This document shows, one piece after another, positions 22,736-32,529 of a stretch of DNA of 54,613 bases (position 1 is the stretch's first letter; each line of letters opens with the position of its first letter). The notes beneath the pieces are model-generated. The model did no database searches, had not been told where the DNA came from, and worked only from the letters and a program-made list of their open reading frames with translations. The stretch spans positions 1-54,613 of the forward strand of contig MRSU01001875.1 in NCBI GenBank assembly GCA_008369845.1. Direction: 5' to 3'. This DNA is from Trichomonas gallinae. Taxonomy: Eukaryota. The translations under genes were made by a program, and so were the position numbers.

Positions 22736-24970
22736 TTATGCTTGATTCGCAAGCTCAACCATGGATTTGTTGTTTTCAACTTTGATTGATTTTTCTTTGC
22801 ACAAGTAGTAAATTCTAAATATAAGCAATAATAAGGTAACAACTAACAAGACGGAGAGCATTATTATTAGCTTGAGATCGAATACAAGTGGAAGTGGGGC
22901 ATATTTTCCATGGCTTTCGCTGACGGTGATCTGGACGGTCATCGGACTGAATTGCTCAAACCTGTCGCTAGATGAAGGAGAAATCTGGAACAAAAACGAA
23001 CGATCTGAAGGCACAGCGTTTTTATATGTTTCTTTTCCTAAGTTTCTCATCCAAGTTCTGTCCAGGATAACTTTGCTATATGAGGAAAGTATTGTCATGG
23101 CGACAGACGTCGAATATCCATCATCCGAAATGAAATCTAAGTCTAAAGCGTATTGTACTGGAATATCAACCTGATCTGTTGGTATTATCGATCCATCCTT
23201 AGGCGATATGATGCCTGGTGTAAATGGATTCTCGTAATCAAGTTTTAATTTCGATGTATATCCAAAGTGAGGGTCTGTTGATTCTATAACTAAATTCATG
23301 GGCAGGCCAGTCTTAAAGACAGATGGAACATAAGAAAGAGTCATTTTCGTGAAGTCTGAATTATAATACATTTTGATTTTGACTCTTCTCTTTCCGCTCT
23401 CATCTTCCAAGTATACTAGATAAAGAACTTTTCTGTTTTCTTCAGGAACTGAAACGTTAATTGTGAATTTTGTGCCAGCAACAAATTTTACTGGCTCAAC
23501 TTCACCTGGGAACGTAATTTTATCTGGTCCAGGCGAGAATGGATTGGCACCGATTCTTTGATTGATCTGATCTCCTCTTGGACGCTTCTTTGTATAATAA
23601 ATATGAAGACTTGCCTTTAAAATTGTTCCTCTGTTTGCATCATCTGTTTCTTTGAATACAAGAGTCCATATTCCTTGTGGATTTTCACCGAGGAACTTGT
23701 AAGATGTGAATTCCATGGATTCAATATTCAAATCTAAATCTCCTTCAGTAAGAATCTTCATTTCGCATCTGGTGCCACTTGGACTGATTATGTGTGGATT
23801 TAATGATCCAAAAGACAATTTTTTCGCATTTAATTTTAATAAAATTGATGTAACCGATTGAACTTGAGGATCATCGACTATGAACGTAACAGTGTAGTCG
23901 CCTTTATCTAGCACGAGGTTTAAATCCTTCCTTTGCTCCCAATCGTAGAATTTTCCGCAAGATTCGAAATTTAGCGCTAAATCGACCGCGCGGCCGAGAT
24001 TTAGGCGTCCAAAGCCAGTTCTCCTGTTGAAATTGAGCCCAAAACCATTGACATCCCAATTCAAAGAGTCTGGCATTGTTTTGTCAGCAGTCATTGCTGT
24101 GATGTAGAATAAATCAGCGACAGTGAGGTTTGGATTTGCTTCCATGAGCACAGCAAGTGCTCCAGCGAAAATAGCAGCGCTTGCATTAGGCGAAGTAAAG
24201 TTAGAATACACGACATCTTTTCCCATTGAAGAAGCTGTTGGCAAAGCCGCATTATCGGCGCACGGACAAGCAAGGAAAGCGCTAACACCCTCAGCGCCGT
24301 GATTTAAAGGCACACCGCGGTTGTTTACGCCGACAATTGAAAAAACCATCGGCCAGCGTCCAGGCGGCGAGAAGAGTGGGTCAGAAGTACCGTCAACATC
24401 GAGGGGAACCACAATAGGATGCTGCCAGTTGTCTTCTTCAGGTTTATAGAGACAATCATCTAAAATTTCTTTCGGAAGCGCTTCTGGCTCAATATACCTG
24501 CACCACCTCCCGTAGCAGTTCGTCTTCAGGTACTGCAAAAGCGCAATGTGCCATTCTCGGCTCCTGTGGCAAGCAACAGTCTGAAGATGCTCAGTTCTTC
24601 CGGAATAGTCCGTAAAGTAATAAGACGCAACATGCGCGTTAGGTGCTATGCCTGTAAAATTTTCAACCGGTTTTCCGGCTGCCAATCCTAAGCTAGCCGT
24701 CGCAATGTGATTATTTTTCGGATCTGAAGGCGAAAGATATGGTTCATCATCCAGAATATTGATGAACTGGTCCTCTATAGCGCGATCTTTGTATGAAGAA
24801 TGTTCGAAAAGGGCTCCATCGGACATCACATTTATTGTAATGCCGTTTCCAGTGTACATAGACACGTACTTATGCCCGGACCAGTTGATGTCTTCGTGTT
24901 CAAGACCGTTGAAGTACTCCTGGCCGGGATTGTCGAGCCACCAATAGAAGAGAAAAACTATCAAAAACAT
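22736..24970 (-). CDS. Kexin/furin-like (S8B) membrane protein with P domain; probably catalytically inactive
   Basis: YTGNGITI, GIAPNAHV, LMEANPNLT, FGFGRL-like TGFGRLN, P-domain motifs ISPSGT and FLGENPQGIWTL, N-terminal signal and C-terminal TM helix. Confidence 0.85.
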   Translation of the reverse strand: MFLIVFLFYWWLDNPGQEYFNGLEHEDINWSGHKYVSMYTGNGITINVMSDGALFEHSSYKDRAIEDQFINILDDEPYLSPSDPKNNHIATASLGLAAGKPVENFTGIAPNAHVASYYFTDYSGRTEHLQTVACHRSREWHIALLQYLKTNCYGRWCRYIEPEALPKEILDDCLYKPEEDNWQHPIVVPLDVDGTSDPLFSPPGRWPMVFSIVGVNNRGVPLNHGAEGVSAFLACPCADNAALPTASSMGKDVVYSNFTSPNASAAIFAGALAVLMEANPNLTVADLFYITAMTADKTMPDSLNWDVNGFGLNFNRRTGFGRLNLGRAVDLALNFESCGKFYDWEQRKDLNLVLDKGDYTVTFIVDDPQVQSVTSILLKLNAKKLSFGSLNPHIISPSGTRCEMKILTEGDLDLNIESMEFTSYKFLGENPQGIWTLVFKETDDANRGTILKASLHIYYTKKRPRGDQINQRIGANPFSPGPDKITFPGEVEPVKFVAGTKFTINVSVPEENRKVLYLVYLEDESGKRRVKIKMYYNSDFTKMTLSYVPSVFKTGLPMNLVIESTDPHFGYTSKLKLDYENPFTPGIISPKDGSIIPTDQVDIPVQYALDLDFISDDGYSTSVAMTILSSYSKVILDRTWMRNLGKETYKNAVPSDRSFLFQISPSSSDRFEQFSPMTVQITVSESHGKYAPLPLVFDLKLIIMLSVLLVVTLLLLIFRIYYLCKEKSIKVENNKSMVELANQA

Positions 24971-25075
24971 TTTTTATAATTTGAGCGGAAAATAATCGTT
25001 GTGATGATAAATCAACGGCATCAATTTTTTTCTACACAATTTTTTTGTTTTGTTTAAACTAGACATATTCATAAT

Positions 25076-25450
25076 TTCACTTTTTACATATAAATTATCA
25101 CAAAATTTTTTAGATTTATCTCAAAAATAATCATTTGAGATCTATCATTGAAATCTAACTAAAAAAATCTATATAATATCTAAAAACATTCACTTTTTAC
25201 ATATAAATTATCACAAAATAGTTTAAGTTTATTTCAAAATTGATTAGTTGAGATCTATCATTGAAAAACAATTAAGTCATATTAATAGTATATGCATAAA
25301 TATTCACTTTTTAAATTAAAATATATGAAAAAGGTGAGAGTTTATACTCAAATTCGCATCATGAAGGTTCTGCTTAGAAAAATAAATTGTTGATATATGA
25401 TATACGTATATATAGATTCACTTTTTACATGGCCAAAAGGTGGAGGTTTT
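25076..25450. repeat. Degenerate tandem repeat, 113-114 bp period, three units plus a partial fourth
   Basis: TTCACTTTTTA starts at 25076, 25189, 25303 and 25417. Units 1 and 2 share TTCACTTTTTACATATAAATTATCACAAAAT and TTGAGATCTATCATTGAAA. Confidence 0.85.
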
Positions 25451-26679
25451 ATCAGAATTTTAAATTTAAAAAAGATTGAAAATAATTGATATCAAATTAC
25501 TTGTTGGCGTCTTTGCGATTCTCTTGTAAACATCACAAAAGATGAACAGAGTTTTTGAAAAATTGAATTATCTGGAAAAAAAAATAATTTTTCTGAAGAA
25601 TATTGAATCTTTTTATAGTTTGTCACCGGAAGTATATCAATAAAGATATGTTTTCTGATTTTTGCAAAAATTCAGTTAGTGTTCGTTTTCCCATTTATAA
25701 TCAAACTATGTAATCTATATAATGTTATGCATCTATTTTCAACTTTATTTTTTCAATGTGGGAGTTAAAATTTGATTCACTTGCTGATTCATCGCTGCCT
25801 TCTTAGGGTTATATTACATACATCCATTGGAACTGAATTTCACGATTAGTTCATTAAAATAAGGATATAATCTTCGAAATTATAAATTACTATCGATTCA
25901 CGGGACTCTGTGACGTAGCAGGTTCCAATGTGTCCATACATACGTTTGATGGTGTTGATTCGATGACACAAAGCAATCGAATTTTTGGAAAATTGTTACT
26001 GGTTTTAATGTCATTAATACTTATGTCATTGTCATGGTACTCTTAATATATAAAGTTTTCACATTTTTAATTTTTATTTAGTCGATAGAGTCGAAATTAT
26101 TATGATTTATTTGAGTGGAACAGGCTGTTATTTATTGTATAGATATGAAAAATATAATTATTTTTAATTCGACTTATAAATTACAACAATTTTGGCCTTT
26201 TTTATCATTGCTATTTGTATATTTAAGTAAATAATCATCTAATTCATATATTCGATTTATTTTTCAACATTATAGAAAATTATAGTTCTTTTATTGATAT
26301 TTAACCGATGTTATATTTACCAATAGTCATATTATACTATAGGGAACATGCTCGCATGAATTACTCCCATTTTGTTAAATAATATTTTGTAATTGGCAAA
26401 AACAATGCAAGAGCATGTTGATAACAAGTATCTAGTTAAATCAATCAGTCGATTCACATTAGTTGTCATAATATTTTCAACAAATTTTTTTAATATTTTT
26501 TGAGTGCTTTGATAGATTTCTTATTGTGTGTAATTACTAAGCACATGAAGATATAGATATCTTCAATTTACCAAGACCTAAATTATGATAAATTAGATTG
26601 TTAATATTTTTCTTTGATATACATCAAAAACACTTAAAATACAAATGTTTGGTATTGTGCTGAATATAGTGAATATTTC

Positions 26680-27306
26680 CTATTTTGCCAATTCCGTGTA
26701 TTTCTGAATTAAATTATTTTTCAAATTCTCGACTTGAGGCCTCCGGAATTTATATATAGGTATAGATAAAAATGAGATTATTGTTGCTGCGTCCGTCAAT
26801 CTGTAAAAAATATCTTGATCAATATTTCTGTCAGCTAAAGCATCATAAACTGTATAATGATCAGGTAGTAGCTCAAGTATTTCATCACATGCGCGTATTC
26901 CTGCTTTTATTTCTTCTGGATCTGCTTGGTCAGATTCTGGAGGTTCTTCTGGATCATTTTGGTCCTGCGGTTCGACTTCTTCGTCCTCTTCTTCTGGTAT
27001 TAAGTTTCCGTAACTGTCTTGTTTTAATTTCATTTCTTCTTCAAGTGAAAATTTTTCAATTTCGGGAAGATTTTTTAGTAAATGTACAATATTGTCATGG
27101 CCAACTTCTATACCTTCTGGTAAATCTTTAACTGTGTTTTCATCAGCTAAATCGTGATAAAAATCTTGATATTCAATTTCATCGTCGTCTTCATCATCAT
27201 CTACGTCGTTTTCTATGTCTTCTATAACTTGTTTATCAGTTTTATTATGTTTAATCATCCATGCAATTCGAATTGCTTCAAATCGCGCATCATCACATTT
27301 TGACAT
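26680..27306 (-). CDS. Acidic hypothetical protein (208 aa)
   Basis: ATG-initiated ORF with D/E tracts and an Inr-like TCATTTTT about 10 nt upstream of the ATG. No recognised domain. Confidence 0.65.
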   Translation of the reverse strand: MSKCDDARFEAIRIAWMIKHNKTDKQVIEDIENDVDDDEDDDEIEYQDFYHDLADENTVKDLPEGIEVGHDNIVHLLKNLPEIEKFSLEEEMKLKQDSYGNLIPEEEDEEVEPQDQNDPEEPPESDQADPEEIKAGIRACDEILELLPDHYTVYDALADRNIDQDIFYRLTDAATIISFLSIPIYKFRRPQVENLKNNLIQKYTELAK

Positions 27307-27767
27307 ATGAAAAATGAACTATCAAGAAGTGAAAATTAATCTCAGCACTCATATAAAATCTTATTTTTCCGATTCTTCAACAACAAAATTTAAATTAAAT
27401 TATTGATTGCACAATTTAAGCCATATTTCAATTTCTTTCACACTATATACTAATTTAACCAACTATATCATGATTACAAATCATATACAAGAATGACATA
27501 TAGAAGAAGTCTATAATAATTAGATAGTGTTTATTCTTGACTAGAATGAAATGGCACATTGTCTAATCTTGACTGAGAGAAGTAGTTTTACAGCTTCATT
27601 ATTACCTTTTCTTAAGCATTAATCAAAGCTGTTTTGTTGTTATTTTTCTTTGGATTATTACAGCTGTGAGAATCATTTGACAAAAATCATAATCTAGTGA
27701 AAAAAATTGATTCTTGGACCATTATCGTGTTTGAAATATGAAAATAATTTAAAAATTTACAAACACT

Positions 27768-30203
27768 TTACCCAATTTCTAACATTTCTTTCACTTGATC
27801 TGGAAGCTGCAAAAGCATATCCCTGAGGTCCTTGAAAGATCTGGCATCAAGAAGGCGAGTCTTCAAAAATTCGCAATCCTGGACTAGCTGGCACGTGAAA
27901 TCAGAGTCTTCCCTGCTGACTGTCACCAAGAAGAAAAGTATTGATGATAGGAACTCTGTGTCGTACCTGTTGCATATTGAGCAGGCCTTCTCTAGCAAAA
28001 CAATCAATCCGCCAATCGCGTCTCCCTTTAGTTCGTTTTCTGACTCACTGATTGCGATTGTCGCGAAATTGATGAACCTCGCCGCGACTAAATCATTGTC
28101 TGAGTCCAAATCCTGCAGGCACGCGACGAACGCGTTAGTCAATAATGGAATTGAGTGAACGAAGTCTCCGAACGGGAATTCTATTCCTTCAGAGTTGTGC
28201 AAATCTATAGCGAGGTCTGCTACATCTTTCAGTACATTAAAAGGTCTGTCGCAGTGCATCATTATAGTCACGATGCTTTCGATTATTGCCTGCAGAGCCC
28301 ATGATATATCGAAGTGCGCGACGATCTCGAATAGATTGGACGCGGCTGCTGATGTGGCGTCGTTGTTTTCTGTCTGTTGAAGTGCTTCGACTAATGCTGT
28401 AACAAATTGTTCAATGTATGGGGTGAAAAGTTCCTGGAAATTAGATGCCAGTAATGTCAATGGCATGAATGTCGCGCATGTCTGCGGAAGGGCGGCCATA
28501 AGAAGTTCAATTGTCTGTGGCGCGAAATCTGCGAAATACATTTGTCCGAGATTGATTATATATGGGACTAAAACACTGCTTATGTCGATGACATTGACGA
28601 TCTGCTCTTCGTCGCCGACGCAATCTGAGAGGAAATTTAATAATTCTGGGACAATTTCCCTGTGAACGTCTAATGTTGGCGAGGAGTCGTTTCTGTGGTA
28701 GTCCTCTATTTCTCCGATTCTTCTTAATGATCTAAAAGCGTCTTTGGATATAATAACGTCGCTAGATTTAGCAAGCTCCATTGCTGCTGCCGCTGCTTGC
28801 AGCTGGAAGCCTAATTCTGGTGCAAATGCGATTGTAGACATCAATAATGTTGCCTGGCGTTTGCAGTTCATGTCGAATTCGCCGCCTTCTAAAATTGTGA
28901 ATGCAATTGGAACGTAAGGAGCGAGAGGATATGGATTAGATGTTGCGCGGAGCAAGCACCTCATGCACCAGAGGCTATTATATGTCAATAATGGCACGTT
29001 GAGCGATAAAGCTTGTGCAATTAGATTTACTACGACTGATTCATCGATTGGCTCAAGGGATGTGTCTCCAAGCAGGATGTTTGCCTTAACTAAGACTGCG
29101 CAGAAGATGAGAGTCGCGCTCATTTCTAAGATATCTCTGCTATTTATGTGTTGGTAGATTATTTCAGCCATGAAAGGTGCTGATGATATTGGAGATATTT
29201 TAATGAATGTCTTGAGGGTATGTAGAGATGTCTGTGGAAGTTCATCTAAATCTTCATGAGCATGATCGCTTGATCTGATGCATAAAAGTCTGAATAACCC
29301 GAGTAATAGTGGTTCTGTGTATGTTATAAGGTCCGCTGTTGTTTCTTTGAATTTTCTTGCAACATCTGCCCAAAATATTGCTGCAGCATTAAGAACTGCA
29401 TCATCATCTGAATCGTGCATTTCATTTAGAGTAATTTCGCCAACTTTGCAAAGAATATCGCCGCTAAATGGAGTATTAAGAGAAATAATAACCGCCCAGG
29501 CGAGAATGCTTTCGACTTTCGTTTCTGGTAACGTCGTAAGATCAATCAGCATGTTCAACACGTCTGAGAACAGCTGAGACTTCATGAACTCTGATGGGTA
29601 CTTTTGGACAGATGATCTGAAAAGTGCAATAATCCTGCTTGCGACTACACCTGGGAGGGTTCCTGAGCTGAGTTGCTGGAATATGGCGGATAAAATAGCG
29701 AAATTTACTTCGTTTGGTAAAGAAAATTCTTGACAAATCGCGAATAATAAAGAACTGAAGCCGAAAACCATGTAAGGATTTGTAGTTTTTTGTAGATTGT
29801 CTGCATAGCCTCGAACAAGAGGAATACAATTATCTTCTTGAATTTCTCCGAGTGATAAATAAAAAACAATTGATGATGCGATTGATACAACCTGCAGGCT
29901 TTCGTATTCGAACAGAGCAAGTAAACTGTTAAAAAACGTTGTGAATATTTCTTGTGTTAAATTTCGAACCATGAATTGTCCAGCATTGGCATTATTTCGA
30001 TATAAATTGCGGATCAAAATCATGGCTAAGCACTTCAAATGCTCGTTGACTGACGCGTCATTGATTAAATTTGTTATATATATGACACAGTCCTGTAAAT
30101 ATGAGTTCCTAAACTCTTGAAGCAACGTCCATGAAGCAAGTGACGTCGTAATATCAAGAGAAGTAGATTCGATCAGCTTAGCACAAAATTGTTCAAAATT
30201 CAT
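27768..30203 (-). CDS. Importin-beta (karyopherin beta-1-like) HEAT-repeat protein, divergent
   Basis: About 811 aa, all helical. LKCLAMILIRN resembles IBN_N, and DDDAVLNAAAIFWADVA resembles the importin-beta1 'd.Valqa.eFWs.v' motif. First ATG at 30203 follows AAAGTGAC (30220-30213). Confidence 0.65.
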   Translation of the reverse strand: MNFEQFCAKLIESTSLDITTSLASWTLLQEFRNSYLQDCVIYITNLINDASVNEHLKCLAMILIRNLYRNNANAGQFMVRNLTQEIFTTFFNSLLALFEYESLQVVSIASSIVFYLSLGEIQEDNCIPLVRGYADNLQKTTNPYMVFGFSSLLFAICQEFSLPNEVNFAILSAIFQQLSSGTLPGVVASRIIALFRSSVQKYPSEFMKSQLFSDVLNMLIDLTTLPETKVESILAWAVIISLNTPFSGDILCKVGEITLNEMHDSDDDAVLNAAAIFWADVARKFKETTADLITYTEPLLLGLFRLLCIRSSDHAHEDLDELPQTSLHTLKTFIKISPISSAPFMAEIIYQHINSRDILEMSATLIFCAVLVKANILLGDTSLEPIDESVVVNLIAQALSLNVPLLTYNSLWCMRCLLRATSNPYPLAPYVPIAFTILEGGEFDMNCKRQATLLMSTIAFAPELGFQLQAAAAAMELAKSSDVIISKDAFRSLRRIGEIEDYHRNDSSPTLDVHREIVPELLNFLSDCVGDEEQIVNVIDISSVLVPYIINLGQMYFADFAPQTIELLMAALPQTCATFMPLTLLASNFQELFTPYIEQFVTALVEALQQTENNDATSAAASNLFEIVAHFDISWALQAIIESIVTIMMHCDRPFNVLKDVADLAIDLHNSEGIEFPFGDFVHSIPLLTNAFVACLQDLDSDNDLVAARFINFATIAISESENELKGDAIGGLIVLLEKACSICNRYDTEFLSSILFFLVTVSREDSDFTCQLVQDCEFLKTRLLDARSFKDLRDMLLQLPDQVKEMLEIG

Positions 30204-30829
30204 TACTTCTGAGTCACTTTTTGTATTTTTTTGTTTTTTCAATATCAAATTGTCGACTATTTTTGCTCGGATATCATCTTATTACAGAATATTCTATCTA
30301 AATAACATAAAATTGAGGCAGAACTTTGTGATTTTAAAAATCATCAAAAATATATCGAAAGAATAACTAGTTGTAACCTTAGGATTATATTTATATTGAT
30401 TCATAATGATCAAAACAATGTTTATTTTCTGGGGAAATTGGATTATTTTTTTGCAAAAATATTATTTAACGTAATAGAAATTTTGTTGGTTTCATTATAA
30501 TACATTACTCAATAGAAGCTTATTTCTTAATTTTTTGCAATCAATATATTATTTTTATCATAGGCGTAATCAATTTATTTTACAACAATATTTTCACCTT
30601 TTCATCGATACAAAGTACATACTTTAATTAAAGAGTGTTAAATCAAATAATATTTTCATTTTTCAAAATTTCGTCGACAAACACTAAAATAACTTTAATT
30701 TATCTATATAATTTTCTATAAACATCAAATAGTATCAGTCTCATTTTTTAACTTTTTTTTGAATTTCAATTATATCTGAACAAACAAACGATTTTAAGCT
30801 AAATTATACTTGAAATTCAATACATATGT

Positions 30830-31213
30830 GTGCAAACGATATTCTAGTTTAGTCTTCAAAAATTTGATAAAAAAATGTAATACAATAAGAGAAAATCATC
30901 AATAACCAATAATATAAATACCAGTGGATGTAGAATGATTGGATCTGCGCATGTTTAAAGCGTGTTTAATAAGAAATTTTTGATTTTATAATATTATATA
31001 TTTACAACTACTTTGAACCAAGAATTACAATAGCAAATCGATGTATATATAAGCAAACGGTATTAACTTAGATAATAATAAATTTGATAAAAAAAAAAAT
31101 GAATTAAATATAGAGGATTTCATTAATAACCAATAAGGTCAATGCTATTGAGTGTGGTTCGATTGGTTTTGAGATTGTTTAAAGCGTGTTTAGAGAGAAT
31201 TTTTGATTTAAAG
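30830..31213. repeat. Imperfect direct duplication, about 220-224 bp spacing, in the promoter region
   Basis: AATTTGATAAAAAAA at 30861 and 31081, AATAACCAATAA at 30901 and 31125, and TGTTTAAAGCGTGTTTA...AATTTTTGATTT at about 30952 and 31176. Confidence 0.8.
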
Positions 31214-31306
31214 AAATGATATAAAAGTGACAAATAATTTTTAGAAAAAAAATAAATTGAATGAAAATCTTTCACTTTTGGGAAAAAATCATCAGAAAAT
31301 CGGTAA

Positions 31307-31954
31307 ATGAGTTCTAGTCCTTCCCCCAGCGACAAACCGCAGACGGACACATCCAGCCATCCTCCAAAGTGCTGCGGCAAGTGCCCACGCGGGCAGTGCA
31401 AGTATCTGAAATGGCTCGTTGACCATAAAGCATATTGCAAACCATCAAATAAATCATCAGAAGATAAGAACGATGGTATGTACGAGATTGACGCACGCGA
31501 ATATCAAATGTTCTTGATGTGGAAGAGTCGTTTAACGCCAAGAATTGAAAGAATGATTAACCAAGAAAACCAACATGAGCATAATAACCAAAATACAGGA
31601 CCAGGGTGTGGATGCTGCTCTTCTAATAGCGGATGTGGATGTTGTGGTGGCGAATCTCAACCCGCCAAAGAAATTAAAGTTAAGGGTATCGATACATCAT
31701 TAATTCCTCCACCACCATCTGCTACATTTTGCGCTTGCAGTATGCTCAATCCACCCAATGAGAACAGACAACAAAGACCACAAAACCCGCTACAAAGTGC
31801 TCCTCAATCGCCACCACCAATGTCATATCCATATTACTACGCTCCACCACCATATCCATATCCTTATCCATATTACCCGTATAACAGCATGTATTATCCT
31901 CCATATCCAGGTTTCATTCAGCCACCACTACAATTTCCTTGGAGAATACAGTAA
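31307..31954 (+). CDS. Cys-rich, Pro/Tyr-rich hypothetical protein (215 aa)
   Basis: ATG ORF with GC-richer coding composition, CCGKC..C, two GCGCC copies and a PPPY/YPY-rich tail. Upstream are an Inr-like TCACTTTT and AAAAGTGAC. Confidence 0.75.
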   Translation: MSSSPSPSDKPQTDTSSHPPKCCGKCPRGQCKYLKWLVDHKAYCKPSNKSSEDKNDGMYEIDAREYQMFLMWKSRLTPRIERMINQENQHEHNNQNTGPGCGCCSSNSGCGCCGGESQPAKEIKVKGIDTSLIPPPPSATFCACSMLNPPNENRQQRPQNPLQSAPQSPPPMSYPYYYAPPPYPYPYPYYPYNSMYYPPYPGFIQPPLQFPWRIQ

Positions 31955-32529
31955 TTTCATATTATAATTCACCCAATATTATATTATCACGGCCAGATCT
32001 AATAGATTTGTTTTGTTTTTACTTCATTCCTGATATAAAATTTAGATTTGATAGATTATAATCATTCCTTATAACATGAATATCATATCATTTTCTATAT
32101 AAATATTGTATTCTCATTTATTCACTTTTGAAATATTTTATTGAATCAAATTAGATCTATTATAACAGTTGAAAGCTTTTTGATAATGATAAATTACTGG
32201 ACAATATCATTATTTATAGATCTAAACTGCTGTAATATCATATTGAAAATTAATGAATAATATGAAAAAAATATTATTATTCTATTTTAATGTGTTATTT
32301 TAAATAAATATATCAATGAGCTCATGTATTTAATATTAAAAATATCTTATAATGAAGAGAAAAATACGATTTATCAATTTGTCATATAAAGATAAAACAT
32401 TTGACTTTTGACACAAAATTTTGTCAGAGGAAATATAGATGGTTAACTATTTGAATTGAATTTCGAAAAATTGGATTTTGTCACTTTTTAAAATTGAATG
32501 TTCTATCGCGATTTTCTGAGAAACTAAAA

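Noticed and set aside
25076..25450. CRISPR-like array
   Set aside because: The 'spacers' are homologous to each other and too long, there are no cas genes, and the context is eukaryotic. It is a tandem repeat.
26680..27306. Transposon or Maverick-derived gene
   Set aside because: No transposase, integrase or polymerase motifs and no terminal inverted repeats were seen here or elsewhere in the window.
17308..32529. TTG/GTG starts from the ORF track (17308, 30248, 32494; also 2549 and 16659)
   Set aside because: Eukaryotic context, with an in-frame ATG shortly downstream in each case.
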